Shown here: positions 1 through 13,900 of the stretch, one piece after another
Numbering within the stretch: position 1 is the stretch's first letter
Layout of the letters: each line of letters starts with the position of its first letter
NCBI GenBank assembly: GCA_009602725.1
Contig: WELB01000009.1
Span: forward strand, 279,480 to 343,479
DNA: 64,000 bases
Reading direction: 5' to 3'
DNA from: Spirogloea muscicola
Lineage: Eukaryota
Position numbers and translations under genes: made by a program
Notes under the pieces: generated by a model
Seen by the model: the letters and a program-made list of their open reading frames with translations, nothing else
The model's database searches: none
Told to the model about the DNA's origin: nothing

Positions 1-100
1 CCGCCGCCGTCGCCGCCACCGCCGCCGGCGCCGCCGCCGCTGCTGTCGGCGGAGAGCCGACCTGATGGCACGACGGCGGCGGCGGCGGCCTCGCCGGCAG

Positions 101-3100
101 GTCGTACCGGGACACCGTCGCCGGCCTCAGCGCCTACGACCGACACAAGAAGTTCATCGCCGACTACGGTGCGCCAGCCCTCCGCCACGGCCTCGCCTCC
201 CTCCGCGTTCGCCGAAGCGGACCTGCCAGTTGCCCCGGGAGGCCGGCCAAGCGGCGCCGCCCCCCGGCCCCGTCGGCGGTCCCAGAGCCACGCCGGACGC
301 GGCAAGAGCAGCCCCCGGTCGCGAGAGCAGCCTGCCGGCGGCTACACGCGTCCCGACATCCGCAGACTGAAAAACCACAATGGCCATGTGACCAGAATTT
401 ACCACACGAATTGAACCAGCGACCTTCAAGTCCTCTCGTCGCCTTAGTCCTCTCTACCGCCACTCGGCTGTCACTCCGAGCTGGCAGCGGCGGCGAGCTT
501 AGCCATCGCCACTCCAGCCCATGACGCCGCAGCCGCCGCCGCCGCAGTGCGCTTCTACGGCGGGCGCGGCGGCGGCGGCGGCGGCGACAGCGGCACCCAG
601 CTCCCAGCTCGCACAGATCTCGACACGCTGCGGGAGACCTACAGGTGGGCTCACTCGCAGCCGAAGTGACTGAGGTCCTCTGCCGCTCTCGCTTCCATTG
701 CCGCCGTCTCTGCTGCAGCTTGTTGGTTGAACCCATTAGCCATGCTGCTGAAAGGCTGTTCCTGAGGAGGCCGGCTCGTTTGGTACAAGCAGATTCATCC
801 GCTCGGAGAACGACGACGCCGACGGCACGTGGGAGCAGCGCCTGGCGCGTCGCTACCACGACAAGCTCTTCAAAGAGTGAGCTCACCCTTGGTTGCTTGG
901 CTGCGTTGGTGGCAACTGCAAAACAGAAGAGTGGCGGCTCTGCCGTCACTCTGCATAGGCTGGCTGCCGCACACCTCACTGTCAAACCGGTGTCCAAGAA
1001 ATAGTGCTACTTAATTTTGCTACTTCATGACCGTATGGACGGTCGTCCAGAGAACACCAGCTTGCAAGGACCACCTTCCTCGTGACCAGCAAGGGGCGAC
1101 TTGGGATAGCCGCCTCTGAGTTGCCATTCAACTTCCTGATCCTCATTCTGAATCCTCAATGCGGCCGTGCAATTGGAGCTCAGGTACTGCATAGCGGACA
1201 TGTCTCGCTACAAGGAGAATAAGGCGCGCTTCTGGTACCTGCACCTTTGGCTTTGGATGCAGTGGGCAGCCCTTCTTACATGCAATGCTGTGAGGATATG
1301 CGTACATTTAAAGTTGAAGCCAAAGCCAAAGCCACCCCTGCTTTGATTTCTACTGCAGATAGGCATGCGGTGGCGCGTTGAGAAGGAAGTTGTCCTTGGA
1401 AAAGGTGAGAGTCTTGCTTCCTCTGTTGTCTGTGGTTAACAGGAATGGACAGTAAAGTTACATACACTCTAAAAATATGCTGAAAATGATAGAGGAGAAA
1501 TGGACACACTCCGTGCACTCCTCTGAGTGTTATCACCAAGTAAACATGCACTTGAGCAAAAGTTGCCCAGCTCGCATCAGCTTATGTAAACCTGGTGGCA
1601 CCGTGTGCTTTCCTGGCAATGTTTTCACTCAGGTCCTTGGAGTGCCAGACTGTCTCCAATGAGATTATTGCATGTGATGCTTGATGATTTATGATTGGCC
1701 CTGATTATGCTCTTTCGTGGCCCACATTGGTGGTGGCGCAGGTCAGTTCGTGTGCGGGAGCAAGGGCTGTAATGAGCGGGCAGGCTTGCACAGTTATGAG
1801 GCACGTTGCAAGACTGCTCAGGCAATCAAAGTGTGGTTAGGTGGACATTGATAGACGATGCAGCACTGTAGTAACAATTCTGCTCCAAGAGTAACCGAAA
1901 GCTCTTGCCTTTGTATCTCTTGTACTGCAAGAAAAACCACTGACCACCACAGCTTGTCCTGGTGCCTGCTTGAGGATAGGTGAACTTTGCATACAAGGAG
2001 GCTGGCGAGGAGAAGCAGGCGCTTGTGAAGCTGCGCATCTGCCCAAAGTACAGTGTAACCTCGCCTCTTCCATCAGTCTTTCCATCAGTCACCTGTCACC
2101 TGTCCCCTTTTAATCGAAATCCAGCCCAATGCGCCTGCTGTACAAGTGCATCAATGACTTCCGCAGCTTGACACCCTTCTTCAGGGTTGCAGGCTTACTT
2201 TGAGGCCACAGGCTGCTGAGTCTCACTCTGTCTGCAGGCTCGGCAGCAGGCTTCGCAGGATGCACCAGCTACTTATAGTGACGTCTAGGAAGGTCAAGGA
2301 GAGTTAAATCTCAGGAATTGTTGATGAGAGCCTAGATTCCGGCGGGATCCAGATTGACAAGTATGAGATCAGTTGCTGTTATGGGTGCCTTGTTTACGCT
2401 GCAGTGATGATCTTTGGTTGGCCAGGCACGCATATCAGCTCAACTACCGGAAGGAGAAGGAGAGGGAGCGGGCACAACGGCGTGAAAGAAAGAAGCTCAA
2501 GCGCAAGAAGCTAAAGTAGTCTCACACTGCCTGTACTTCTAAGTTTGCTTGCTTGTTGCAGGCCGGAAAATGATGAAGGGCAAGATGGCAGAGTTTTCTG
2601 CTTCTCCACCCAGTATTGTACCATGGGAGGTGCTGAAGTTTGCAATTTGACATGCTTGGTGGGGCCAGAACTGATGACGACAACCACCAGGAGGAAGTCG
2701 CCGGCGTCCGCCAAGCAACGCATGATGATGCAGGCTCTTCAGGATCGTCGGAAGGGGACGATGGCAAGGACGGCGACGAACCTGGAGCAGAGGTCGGGGC
2801 TTCGGACCGCGGCGATGGCAGAGAGGGGGGTGGGGAGCTGCCACCGCAGCGAGGTAAGGAGCTTATTCTCCAAATTTTTCTGCCCGCTTAGTGATTGCCA
2901 AGGAGGTCGTCAGTCCGAGGCAGACTAGCACCATTCTGCACGTGGCCAAGCTCTCTGATTAGACCCAGCTTTGAAGTCAGCCCCTGGGCAGCTGCAGGGA
3001 TTAGTCACGGCATTAACAATGTGCCCAGGATGACCGGGCTTTCAGTCCATGCTAAGAGCGCACGCTGTTTGCAAGCCGGTAGCCTTAGTCAGACGGAGTT

Positions 3101-3367
3101 CTGTTGCCATGGTCATGCTTTCTTGTGAGGTCAAGATCTAGTTTGCAGGTCTAGGGCTTTGGAATCTGGTGTTATGTAAGGCCACCATCACATAGCTTCT
3201 CAAAGCCTTCTTCCTGTTGACCATCTTGGCGGTGCTGCCTGCTTGTGGGCTGTGTAGGAGGGCCACCTCTGTCGGCGGATGAGAGCATCTGGCTGGGCAA
3301 GCCGGCAGAGCTGGAGCCGAGCAAGGACGAGGAGTTTGATGAGTACTTCAAGGGCATGTTCCTGTAG
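101..3367 (+). CDS. FRA10AC1: FRA10AC1 homolog (folate-sensitive fragile site protein, splicing-associated); multi-exon, 5' part upstream of window
   Basis: Spliced exons read AYDRHKKFIADY (~101-168), RTDLDTLRETYR, FIRSENDDADGTWEQRLARRYHDKLFKE, YCIADMSRYKENK, IGMRWRVEKEVVLGKG, QFVCGSKGC...LHSYE, VNFAYKEAGEEKQALVKLRICPK and the family-typical C-terminus EEFDEYFKGMFL* (TAG 3365-3367). Confidence 0.92.
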
Positions 3368-4197
3368 ATCGCATCATTGTGGACTCAGGAAACCCCACGA
3401 TGCTGTCCCATGGAAGGTCCGTGCAGCACCTGAAATACGGTTGTCACATGGGAGTTCCGTGCAGGGGCCACTTCTGGTGCTGCAGACTCGCTAAAGCAGT
3501 CGGATTCGTTGGCCTGCTTCAGAATTGCGCATGGCATAAGTATGCTCTGCCAGCATCAAGGAACGGGGAATGTTTGACTCTGTACGCCTATAATATATCT
3601 GTTTCTTTGAGTTGAGACTTGCTGTTGATTGATGCTTGAAGGAGAATCATAAGGGTGGGTTAAGAGGAGGGCAAGCTCCTTCGAAAAGGCTGAGCGGTCA
3701 GCCCAAATAGATAGTATGTACACGTTCTTGGGGCAGGATGGCATCAGCAGAGGAGGCCGTCTATGTAGTTGACTTAGAATGAGCTGTGTCACACTTGGAG
3801 TGGCTTGAGAGTCTGCGATGCCACCCCGCAGACCACCCTTCAAGTGGCGGCAATGAAGCTGACAGTATTCTGCGTCCTGGAGGCGTCAAGCGCCAAGATG
3901 ATGGCACACGTCTCAAGGAAACATTGCTCTCCCTCTGGCACTTGACAAGAAGGCTTCAAGCCTGATCAAACGGGGGGCATAGGCAGGATATGCAGACAAG
4001 CTCGGCTGCTTGCCTTTGCCACAAGCTGGGGCATTGTCCAAATCAAGTGCCTCCGTGGTCCACTGAGCGGCAAGTGGAAGATGACGCTTCAGGCTGCTTG
4101 TGATGCCAAGTTTCGAAGTGACTATGTTGAAGGCGCATGTCTAGAAGATGCTGGCTTTGGTGATGGAAGGCGACATAGCAACCCAACTCCAAAATTT

Positions 4198-4237
4198 AAC
4201 CCTGAACCTTTAAGCCTAAACCCTGAACCCTAAGCCC
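4198..4237. repeat. Degenerate interstitial telomere-like repeat, about 5-6 CCCT(A/G)AA-type 7-mers
   Basis: aaccctg aaccttt aagccta aaccctg aacccta agccc shows 7-bp periodicity resembling plant TTTAGGG on the minus strand. Confidence 0.55.
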
Positions 4238-5169
4238 AGTAATTGGCAGCAAAAGTGACGACCTGGCTGCTCGAAGAAATTTTCGGTGAGGTAAAATGTG
4301 TCATCAAGCAATAGCAGTCTATGGTTCAGAAGTATTAGCCTAGCAAGATTCCACTCCACCGACCTCGTTCTACTCTTGCAGCCACTTGTCTTCCTGGAGG
4401 AAAGACCGGTGATTTGTGCACCTCCTAAAGCTTTGCGGAAAGCCACTTAAGAAGCTAAAAGGGTGACCAGTTGAGGGTGATCACACTTCAGTAGCGCTGT
4501 AGCACCAGAAGGCTCAAGCAGCCATCTCATGCACTTAATGACATTCGAAGTACGTGCTTAGATGCTGTTGAGCACCACAAAGATCTGATGTCAAGGCATC
4601 AGGCGTCCACGGACTGCTGCCCAGGCTGGGACCAAGCAGGTCAATTTGTTGCACAATGAGCAGCTTCTAAGTTGGTGACACCCAGAAATTGGCATTAAGC
4701 ATACAGCAATAGTTTGTCGCACACCTTCAGCCACACTCTGCGGACAGGGGGCCTCCAGCCACCACCAACTTCGCATTACACTATGAGTACGAGGTTGAGA
4801 GGAGTGAGAGTTGACCTTCAACAGAGAGAATTTTCAAGATGCACCACACCAACTTTGATTACGGTGGAAAGTTTCACTCTCGAAAGGTGGAGGACTCTTG
4901 GCGTGATTGTCAACAATTTTGAAGCCAATCCTGATTACGTCTGGGCAGCCTTCTCAGCAGTGGATTCGCCATAAGCCGCCAACTTCTCACCTGCAGGGCC
5001 AGAATACGCGCAATCACTCATATGCATAGGAGGTGATTGTGCATGCGCATGTGCATGGACAACCTGGCCAGCTATGCCTTACATGATCTGCAGAATCTTG
5101 GTAGCCTTATTCAGGTCCAGAAGAATCAACCAATGGAGCTCTCTGTCTCAGCCGGGCCTACTCTCGCCC

Positions 5170-6248
<1,079 letters not shown>

Positions 6249-6281
<33 letters not shown>
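6249..6281. repeat. (GCG)11 trinucleotide microsatellite between two divergent coding regions
   Basis: Perfect GCG tract directly abutting the GNAT exon (minus strand) and the ATG at 6282 (plus strand). Confidence 0.95.
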
Positions 6282-6282
<1 letters not shown>

Positions 6283-7643
6283 TGGCGGAGGAGACTGTGC
6301 TTACGGCGGACGACCTCATGGCCGGCCCACCGCCTCCGCTGGTGCTCGAGGAGCTCGCCGACGCGGCGCTCGCCGGCCTCGATCTTTGCAACCACCAGCT
6401 GCGCGTGCTCTTCGAGTGTGAGCCGCCCGTTGCTACCCGCCGCCCTGCCACGGCTCATGCTGTGGGCCTGCCTTGGCCGTGTCACAAGTGGCCATGGCCG
6501 CTTGAGCTAGCTGCCGTGGCAGAAGCGGCGATGGCTGAGAATAGGCTGTGGTTAAGATATCAGCGAGAGCAGCTTTTAAGACGCCACTGGCGATGCGCCA
6601 CAACACTCTGGTCGCCCAGCAGAGTGGCAGCTGAGCAGGGAGAGCTGCCGTGCCAGAGAATCGCCAGCAAGGTGTGCCATCGCCTTGCTACGTTTAATGT
6701 GGCCTTGACTGACTGGTACCAAGCAGGCCTGCACCGGCACGACATTGAGCCCTTCTGCCAGGAGGAGATCATCCGCTTCCGGCGCTGCAGCCAACAACGG
6801 GTTTGTACGAAGAATCCAAGTCCTTCTTATACCCCAACAGACCAAGCCATATCAAAAGCTCCCATATTAACTCCTTGTCAACATTTTCAAGAGGCTTATG
6901 TTTGACCTTGGAATGATGCTGTGATTGCTACCGCTAGGACATCCTTTGTCGTCATTGCTGGGGTTGCAGTGCTCGCTAATTCAACGAAAGACATACATGC
7001 TTCTAAGCTACTTCCCACTTGCTGCAGTACCGTCAAAATCTGGGCCACTTGAATCGGCAGGACAAGGAGCTCCGGGAGCGGCTGCTGGGTGCAGAACAGG
7101 CGTACAGTGTCAAGCTCAGCAGCGAGAACCGGCGGCAAAGGAGGGAGGAGCTGGAGGCGCTCATCAGTCTTCTGGATAGGTGCAGCGTTGACACATTTGC
7201 TATAGCCGTGACCGCCTGCTCCAGAGAGCTCTCAGCCCTCCACCCTGCAGTCATGAGCACTGTATGACGCTCACAGCTGCTGTCACAGGCGACTTATTCT
7301 GGCAACTGGCGTGGAGGGCATGGCGGGCTTTAAGCAGCGCTGGCAACTCAATGGCCAGCTGCACGACGCAAGGTGCACCTCGCGTCCGAGCATCGCAAGC
7401 AGACTGCTGACGCATACTGGCGACAAGTCACAGAATCATATCAGCTTCCAAGTATGTTGACAGAAGGTGGCCGAGGGCCACCACAGAACCAGGACTTCTT
7501 TCATAGCGGCTAGCCTACAGGTATTCGTGAAGAAGACACACTGCCAATACTTACAGGCTGTCTGTCTGCATGCTCCCAGGTCGCGGCTGCAGGTGTTGAA
7601 AGACGTGGATAAGGCCCCTATTGCCACCACTGCTACTGCTGCT
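6282..7643 (+). CDS. Conserved uncharacterised green-plant protein; five exons, 3' end cut at the N join
   Basis: Exons MAEETVLTADDLMAGPPPPLVLEELADAALAGLDLCNHQLRVLFE, LHRHDIEPFCQEEIIRFRRCSQQR, DKELRERLLGAEQAY...LLDR, RLILATGVEGMAGFKQRWQLNGQLHDAR and SRLQVLKDV are joined by GT-AG introns. From memory this resembles a land-plant family with the motifs LTADDLMMGPP, DIEPFCQDE and GMEGFRQRW. No stop codon is seen before the N at 7644. Confidence 0.75.
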
Positions 7644-7644
7644 N

Positions 7645-10353
7645 TCCGCCGCCGCCGCCGCCGCCGCCGCCGCCATTGCCATCGCCGTCAGACTGATGTG
7701 GCCGGGGCCTCGGCAGGGCCGCGTGGTGCGCGACGAGCGGCCGCTGCTGCGCCGCGCCGCCGATGGCTTCCTCGCCCGCTTCTTCCCCCTCAACTACCCC
7801 CGCAGGTCCGTCGCCGCCGCAGCCGCCACCGCCGCCGACACATGGCTGCCGTCGCCGTCGCCGCCATGGCCACTGCATCAGGCCATCGCCTGCTTGACCT
7901 GCGTGCTGGGGCCTCCGAGGCAGCGCCCACAAGCTGCGCCAGCTGCGCAGAGCGCCACCGAGCCGCCGGCCCATGCAGCGCCTGCGACCCATGTCGGCCG
8001 CTGCGGCTGCCGCAGCGTGTCGGAGGGCTACCTGCGCTACTCCCAGTTCCGCGCCGTGCAGCACACCGCCAGCGCCGCCCTCAACGTCCTGTCTGTGCAG
8101 GTCCGTGCGTTGCGACCCTCTAGAACCTCTGATTCGTAGACGAGGGACGCAGGCCTCAATCCCCGCTGCGGTCATGGCCGCCAGAGACGGCCTCTCTGGC
8201 GCTGACACCGCCGCCCACACCGCTGGCTTCCGCGCCTGCAGTCGCTGCTTTTCGCCGCCGGCCTGCGTCCGAGCCCTGCCCAGGCGACGATTGTCAGCTG
8301 GGTGAGCCGCCACTGGTCATCACTCGCGATGCTCAGCGAGCTGCAGCACCACTCGGCGGGGCAGCTGAGTGAACGCGGCGCAGGCGCGGCGGCGGCGGGG
8401 GCGGCGCAGGTGCTCAAGGACGGCATGCAGCACGTCGGGAAGCTGGCGTGCTCCTCCATGGGCACCCGCATGGACGCCGAGCCCAAGCGGTGGCGCATCT
8501 TCGGTGCGTTCTCCTCCCTCTTTCCTCCCACTCTCCCCCCTCCCTCCTTGTGAACCCTTGCTAAACCCCAAACCCTTAGGCCCGAGTGGCCGCCATTCCG
8601 GCAATGTCCAACCTCGGCGAGCAAGCCGTCTTCCACGATCACGGCCGAAGATCATGGCCGACGGTCGCTGTGGCCTTGCACCCTTTTGCCGAGACTCGCC
8701 ACAGGCTGAGCATGACGGAAGTCGTAAAGTGGTCGTGACGGCGGGCCGCTGCGACAGCGGACGTCATGTTCGACGTGGGCGCGGGCCTGGAGGTCCTGTC
8801 CCCGCTGGCGCCGCAGCACTTTCTCGCCGTTGCCTGCGCCGCCAACATGGCCAAGGTTCGAACCGCCGGGTGCTGGCGAAAGCCATCGACCTGCTCGGTC
8901 TGCGACCGTCGACCACTCCCATGGCTGCTGATAGGTACGGCGGCCATGGATGGCAGGGCATGGGCTTGGTCTCAGCCCGCTCAACGCGGCTGCCGATCTA
9001 CGCGTCTTTTGCGCGTGAGGGCAATCTTTCTGACCTCTACGCCAAGGGCGAGGCCATCTCGACGCTGTCCAACATCCTCGGCATCGCCATCGGCATCCGC
9101 CTTGCATCCACCGTCTGCTCCACGCACGCCCGCAAGGTGCGCCGTCCTGGACTGCCGCTCTGGGCCAGCGCGAGCAGCTGCTAAGAGGCAGTGGTATGCC
9201 AGAGTTCATTCACTAATGTAGGTGTGCTCTGAAGAGGTAAATGTATGTCTAACTGCATGCAAAGGCTTAACAGCTAAGCCATCACTGGAGTGACATTGTG
9301 ATCTGTAAGCACTTATAGACCTGGCCTCTTGGATGAGCTTCATACGGGGTTCAGAGTCCAGGATATTGGATCGTTGATGTTTTGCGTCTGTACTCAAGGT
9401 GTAGGGATCCTGGAGCTTATTGGATTATATATGGATTAAGTTGGTGTTCAGGGTGTTCTTAATGAAGTTCTGGAGTATATGAACTGTCAGCCTGACAGCC
9501 AACCCCATAACCTACTCGGAGCCTAAGCCCTGGTGATGTCTCCCTGGCATCATGCAGCTTGCCGTGGCGCCGCTGCTGTCAGCGGTGCACCTCTGGTGCG
9601 TCACGCAGGAGATGAAGGCGGCACCAGTGAACACGCTGAACGAGCAGCGCACCGCGCTTGTCATCCAGAGCTTCCTCGAGGTCTGTCAGTCATCGCCAGA
9701 ATTGCCAAGTTTGCCCAATTCTATGTAACCTGACGCCTTGATGCTGTATTTTCGTGATCACAAACCTGGACTCACATCATAGCTTAGCACTTGTCATCTA
9801 CATTGCTGCGACGTTCCCAAGTGAGCTTGGTACGCAAGGCGGTGCTCTCAACCTCTAACGTGGCAGCGTTGGCGTTGGCGGGTGGTGGCCGCAGACCGGT
9901 GTGGTGCCTCGACCGCAGGAGCTGCGCTACCGAGAGCGCGTGATCTTGCCAGTCGGCGTCAACCGCCGAGCGGGCGGCGTGCGCATCGCCGGCGCAGCAG
10001 CCGCGGTAGTTCGGCGGCCATCGGACCTCGCGGCTGCAGCACAACGCTTTGCAGGCGAGCGCTTCCTGCTTGGCTTCCGCGACGGCGGAGCCGACATGCT
10101 GCTACATCAGGCGGCAACCGGCGAGGATGCCGTGCGCGGCTGGCTGCTGGCGGCCTGCGCTGCCGAGGCTGCTGAGGCCAGCGGCAGTGGCACCCACAGC
10201 CATGGCAGCGGCGGGGCGCCGCAAGTGGCAGCTCTTCCTGAGGCGTATCAGCGCATGGAGGCGCTGGCGCCGCCGCTGCTTGCAGGCCTCCAAGCGGCCG
10301 GCTGGCACACGCATCTCTTCCTCGAGGGCTCTGGCGTGCGCGCCGTCTGGTGA
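7645..10353 (+). CDS. RUS2: Root UVB sensitive 2 (DUF647 family); start codon missing
   Basis: Exons FFPLNYPR, SVSEGYLRYSQFRAVQH, SLLFAAGLRPSPAQATIVSW, VLKDGMQHVGKL...MDAEPKRWRIF, RLPIYASFAREGNLSDLYAKGEAIST, APVNTLNEQRTA and the C-terminus GWHTHLFLEGSGVRAVW* match plant RUS2. Confidence 0.93.
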
Positions 10354-10913
10354 CACGAAAGCTGGCCATCACCTGGAAGCCCCTTGCCACCACCCACAAT
10401 GCAGAGTGCAGAGGTTCGGCGCTTCCGACAGTGCCCTCAACTGCGCCCGCTCCAACTTTAGTCTTTACCGATGGCCCCTGACAGCCGCCGCCAGGGAGCT
10501 CTCACAGTGTGCATACTTGCAAGGTGGCGGCATAAGTTAAGGTCAATTTGTTGGTCACTCTTAAGCTCCGATGCCACACGCAGCTGTGGCATGAGCCACA
10601 TGGCCGCTTGGGCAGGGCATAAACGTCCCAGGTGCCTGAGTAAGGAAGGGAATGGCTTTGGGCAATCGTTCACGAAATAGAAACAGAGAAGGTGGAAAAG
10701 TGTGGAGAAAACCACTGTGGCCACAGGTGTATGTAGCTTCTACACTCCCATTTGGTTTGGGTACTCAGAGAAGTGCCAGAGTATCAAAATGAGCTGATGA
10801 AGTCTGGCTCGTGTGCTGCCCCAAGCAGCAGGAGAAAATTTGCTGAGCATTTGCCACGAAATAAATAAGTGGATTTGAATGGGCTATTGCTGCCATCATG
10901 AAAGCAAGAGACG

Positions 10914-13900
10914 TCATGAGAAGGCAGAGCGCGACCACTCTTTGTTGACGACAGCGACGCCGGCGGTGAAGTCCTGGCACTGCTGCAGGTAGGCCAGCGA
11001 CGTGTCGGGCGGCTTGGATGTTGGCCCATGTTTGGAGCAGTGCACGCTGCGCGGCGGAAAATGGTAGCATGCCTCCATCGTCTTCGCCGGCTCACAGGCT
11101 GTCCCCTCTTGCACCTGTGCAGCCCCCCCCAACATATGCACCCAGACACAGAATCTAAAAATCAACATCCATCGCCTTCCTGATTGCCACATTCAGATTA
11201 TTCAGACTCGAGGGGCAAGGCTTCATCTTTGACTACCGTTCAGCCCGCCAATCCTTAGCTAATCCTACATTTAACAACTTGAAAAACTGCACCCTTTCAG
11301 TATTGGGAGCCCCAGAGCCTTTGACAACAAAAAACCCCCAAACTCTCTTCTTACTCTTGCTTGAATCACAACAGAACGTTCGCAATACCTGAAGCTGCCA
11401 TTGCATACCTGCATGGAGACCTGGTAGGGCCGAATGCCAGCGAGTGCTGTTGCCATGTACCCGAAAGTTGAGAATGGGCTTGTTAACAGCACGTCCGAGA
11501 AAGCTAGCGTCCAGATGTCCACTAGCGCTACCTGTAAACAGCACCACGCAGATTCAATCCTACTGAGGCAAATCAGCAGGTGCTAGGCACTGGGCTGGGA
11601 TTAGTGCAGGAAATGAGGACAAGTGCTAGTCCTGGGGCTTAAGGGGACCATTATTTGTTTGAAATCTTACCTGCCAGTGCTCGAGGTTGTGATACTGCTC
11701 CTTCTCTTGGGCGGGCTGCGCTACGACGGAGTACAGCCGTCGGTCCTTGACAGAGCGCTCCACGAACTCGCCTTGTAGGTGCTCAATGTACTCCGGCCGC
11801 AGGCACGTGACAAAGAGCGCAATGGAGCCTTTGCCGCCAGTGCCGGTGGCAACAGCTGCTGGGGCCGGCAGCACAGACCGCACGGCTGCGCGCAAGGGGT
11901 CGAGCTCCAGCGAGCTCGCGAGGAGGTCGTTGTTGATGAGGCACGACGTGACGTGCCTTGCGACCTCAGGATGCCACGTGTTGTCCAGCACGCGGATCTG
12001 GATGCCCACTCGGCCAACCACGGGCTCGAGCTCCTTCTGCAGTGTGGACAGCCCCAGAGCACCCATGAGACTCAGGAAAGAGGGAGGAGGGAAGACAGAA
12101 AGTGATGTCAGGGACACCTGAGCCAGCACCTATATCCCCACAACTGAATGTCCAAACCACTCTTTCTGCACCTGAACAGGAGACCATGTGATCATTGATC
12201 TAATTAACTGCTATTTTATTTGACTGATTGATTGTAATCAGTACTGATGGAAATAGTGAGACTAGTCATAGCAGGCACGCCAGGCATGCCAGGGACAGTA
12301 GCACAGGACTTACCTTGTAGATGGAGAGGCTCCGTTCCCAGACAGTGTCCACAGGGTACAGCAGGTACCAGTGGAGCCTGTTCAGCGCCGCCCTGCAGCC
12401 AGGCAGATCAGAGCGGCTTGCTCAGCCTCGAGCCTTGGGAGAAGTGATAGCTACACCCAGTAATAGCCCGATTCTAAGCTTACATAGACCTCAAATGTGA
12501 AGGTTTCACACTACAACTAGCATTACAGAGGACATCGATCCCAACCCCATGTATGCTATGGAGGTTTCGTCGTTATGCTGTCAACACAGCTCACCTCCGT
12601 GCTCTCAAGAATGGTTCAGCGAAGTGTCTGACTACAGGAGTCAGCATCCAGAAGCCTGTATCTATCAATTACACAGATCAAGTCATTAAGGTTATCTGGA
12701 GGTCGGCATCAGTACCTGTCTGGGAAGAGGGCGTTCAGCGTGGCACGGTGCAGGTTGTGAAGGTAGAGGCCTGCAGCAAAGTGCTGGTTGGTCCAGAGGT
12801 GGATGTAAGGAACGCCAGACAGCGCACGCTCTATCTTTGGGCACCCCAGCCACCGGTGGTCGTCCTCACCAGCTGCCAGCGCAGAAATGGGCACCACAAC
12901 GGCCATGGGTTACATCTTCACAACACTTACTCTGCAACCTGAGCCATATTACCAGACTCTCTATGCAAAAAAAAGGTAAACAGTGATGGGCAGGTGTTGC
13001 AAGATGAGTGCTGCGCGCAAGACACATTCTGCTGCCACTGAGCAACTCTTGGGCCCACGTTCTGCCTGACGCTACTCATAGTGGAAGTGGTGGGAGGAAG
13101 CAGAAGGAAAAGTCTTGTAAGGGGAGATACCTGTCTCGCTCAGATCAATCTTGACAACATACGGCCGGCGCTCAGCAATACGCTTGGGGTCGACATGCGG
13201 GGCACCGGCCGCCCGAAAGGACTCCAGCCGCACACCTTTCTGCCTGCAAGGCTCCACCCATAGATAACTCCGACTCAGGTGAAGGTCCTCTATTATGAGA
13301 GGATCTGGAAGCCAGTTAGAGTGGAGATGTGATGCACGAAATTAACAGATAGTAAGGAAGGTGGGAGCTGAAAGGATTAGTGTTAAGGGCAAGGCTATCG
13401 TGTAGGACTGTGTGCGCACCGAATGGCCTCCATGCCGAGGGAGTCGGGGAGGTGCCAGCTGGAGCGCAGGAATGGGTTGCAGAGCAGGCCCGAGACGTCG
13501 GCGCCCGGGAAGTGGACGAGCAGCACGCGGCCGCTCAGGATCGCGTACAGGAAGGCCGACGTCAGCGACACGAGCCGGTTCGCGAGCCCGCACAGCTCCG
13601 GGGGCTCCCACAGCAGGTACCTGTGTGCCCCCAGCAAAGCAAAGGGCTTTATCTTAGGTACAATCTTATCTCTGTTACCTGACCCTTGGCCTCCTAAGAC
13701 ACCTCGGTAATTGTCAATTAGCGGCCTCACCGGCAGTGGAGCTCCTCCTCGTGCGCAAACTTCCAGCCGAGGTCGCCGTCGGCCTCCAAGCAGCGGCGGT
13801 GCAGCCGCGCGTAGTGCTGCACGACCTGCTGCAGCAGCGGGTCGCGCTCGTGCATGCGCTTGCGCACGAGAGTCCGGTACGCGCACTTGGCGCCCTCCTC

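Noticed and set aside
4714..4974. Faint resemblance of TTPTLITV...NPDYVWAAF to an RNA-dependent RNA polymerase segment
   Set aside because: No diagnostic motif (such as DxDGD) is visible and the similarity is too weak to support by eye.
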